From Thermoproteota archaeon (GTDB lineage Archaea > Thermoproteota > Methanomethylicia > Methanomethylicales > Methanomethylicaceae), in NCBI GenBank assembly GCA_030055575.1, contig JASFYL010000004.1:1-46456 (forward strand): a DNA stretch of 46,456 bases, in the 5' to 3' direction. The translations under genes were made by a program, and so were the position numbers. Each line of letters opens with the position of its first letter. Position 1 is the stretch's first letter. Under the pieces are notes generated by a model. The model had not been told where the DNA came from. It searched no databases and was given only the letters and a program-made list of their open reading frames with translations. Below, in pieces: positions 45,623 to 46,456 of this stretch.

Positions 45623-46456
45623 ATGGGAGCAGGAAGTGAAGGTGGTGCAACGGCAGTGGTGGAATGGAGAAGGGAAGGTCTTGGGGAGATCAAGGGTTGC
45701 GGGAAAGGGTCCGGGACCGCCTTTGGTGCCACAACTATAGTCAACGCAATGCCTTCTGGGTACGGGGCGGCCCTAGGGGTCTGCCTGAGCACCGTCGCAG
45801 AAGTCGAGATCCTGGATACGCCAGAGGTCGAGGTCGAGATAATTGGCTCAGGGCGTGTCGACGACTTGCTGGCGAGGGAGGCGTTCAGGACTGTAGTGAA
45901 TAAGTTCGGGACGATGTGCGGAGGGCGCATCGTTACTCGGAGCGAGATCCCACCTGCCAGAGGCATGAAGAGCTCGAGCGCCGCGTCTAATGCGGTCGTG
46001 ATCGCGACGCTAAATGCGATCGGGGCGAAGCTGGATCCTTTTGAAGTCGTGCGGCTCGGGGTGGAAGCTTCGAGGAGGGCGGGCGTCACCGCGACTGGGG
46101 CTTTCGACGATGCATGCGCAAGTCTATTCGGCGGGGTGAACCTAACCAATAATTACAACATGAGGCTCATCAATGGCAGTGATCTCGAGGAGGAGTTGAG
46201 GGCAGTCTTCCTCGTCCCCGAGGAGCAAAGATACTCAGGGGCGGTCGACATGGATCGCCTCCGAGACTTTTCCAAGGCATCCCTCATGGCTTTCAGCGAG
46301 GCGATGGAAGGGAGGATCTGGCGGGCGATGATCATCAACGGGCTACTCATGGCACGCGCCTTCGGATCCGACCCAGAACCGATACTCGAGGCGGTCAAAG
46401 AGGGCGCGGTATCCGCTGGGCTCTCAGGAAAGGGCCCCGCTTACTGCGCCATAGTC
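45623..46456 (+). CDS. aroK: Archaeal (GHMP-fold) shikimate kinase, 3'-truncated by the window end
   Basis: Translated by hand, since it is absent from the ORF track for lack of a stop: GTAFGATTIVNAMPSGYGAALG, SEIPPARGMKSSSAASNA, TATGAFDDACAS, GLSGKGPAY; start uncertain (45623, 45656 or 45659). Confidence 0.9.
   Translation, partial: MGAGSEGGATAVVEWRREGLGEIKGCGKGSGTAFGATTIVNAMPSGYGAALGVCLSTVAEVEILDTPEVEVEIIGSGRVDDLLAREAFRTVVNKFGTMCGGRIVTRSEIPPARGMKSSSAASNAVVIATLNAIGAKLDPFEVVRLGVEASRRAGVTATGAFDDACASLFGGVNLTNNYNMRLINGSDLEEELRAVFLVPEEQRYSGAVDMDRLRDFSKASLMAFSEAMEGRIWRAMIINGLLMARAFGSDPEPILEAVKEGAVSAGLSGKGPAYCAIV

Overview
Archaeal chromosomal window, GC-rich with AGG-heavy codon usage, GTG/TTG starts, TATA-like boxes and a GHMP-fold shikimate kinase. 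A TACK lineage such as Methanomethylicia or Bathyarchaeia is a plausible source, but this is inference only. Left to right: a probable type IV toxin-antitoxin pair (AbiEi-like plus AbiEii-like nucleotidyltransferase); a multi-PAS histidine kinase and receiver protein; a Na+:solute symporter; and a ~13 kb surface-glycosylation island. The island contains a RiPP-machinery-like cassette (radical SAM-twitch enzyme, S24/S26 peptidase-like protein with Asp at the catalytic Ser position, HprK-like kinase, standalone PqqD/RRE, NTP_transf_5 nucleotidyltransferase, GT4 enzymes), but no lasso cyclase and no clear precursor peptide. Next come a vWA protein, CDF and P-type ATPase transporters, an NDP-sugar epimerase, wecB, an apparent fusion of a voltage-sensor domain (S1-S4) to an MscS channel, an ABC-2 exporter, an Ig-repeat surface glycoprotein, a GT2, an ACT protein divergent from carAB, a Dph6-like protein, and a tkt-aroF-aroB-aroD-aroE-aroK operon with a structured leader that runs off the right end. 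No rRNA, tRNA, CRISPR array or transposase was recognised. The two strongest leads are the VSD-MscS fusion and the RRE/kinase/nucleotidyltransferase/pseudo-peptidase cassette among the glycosyltransferases.
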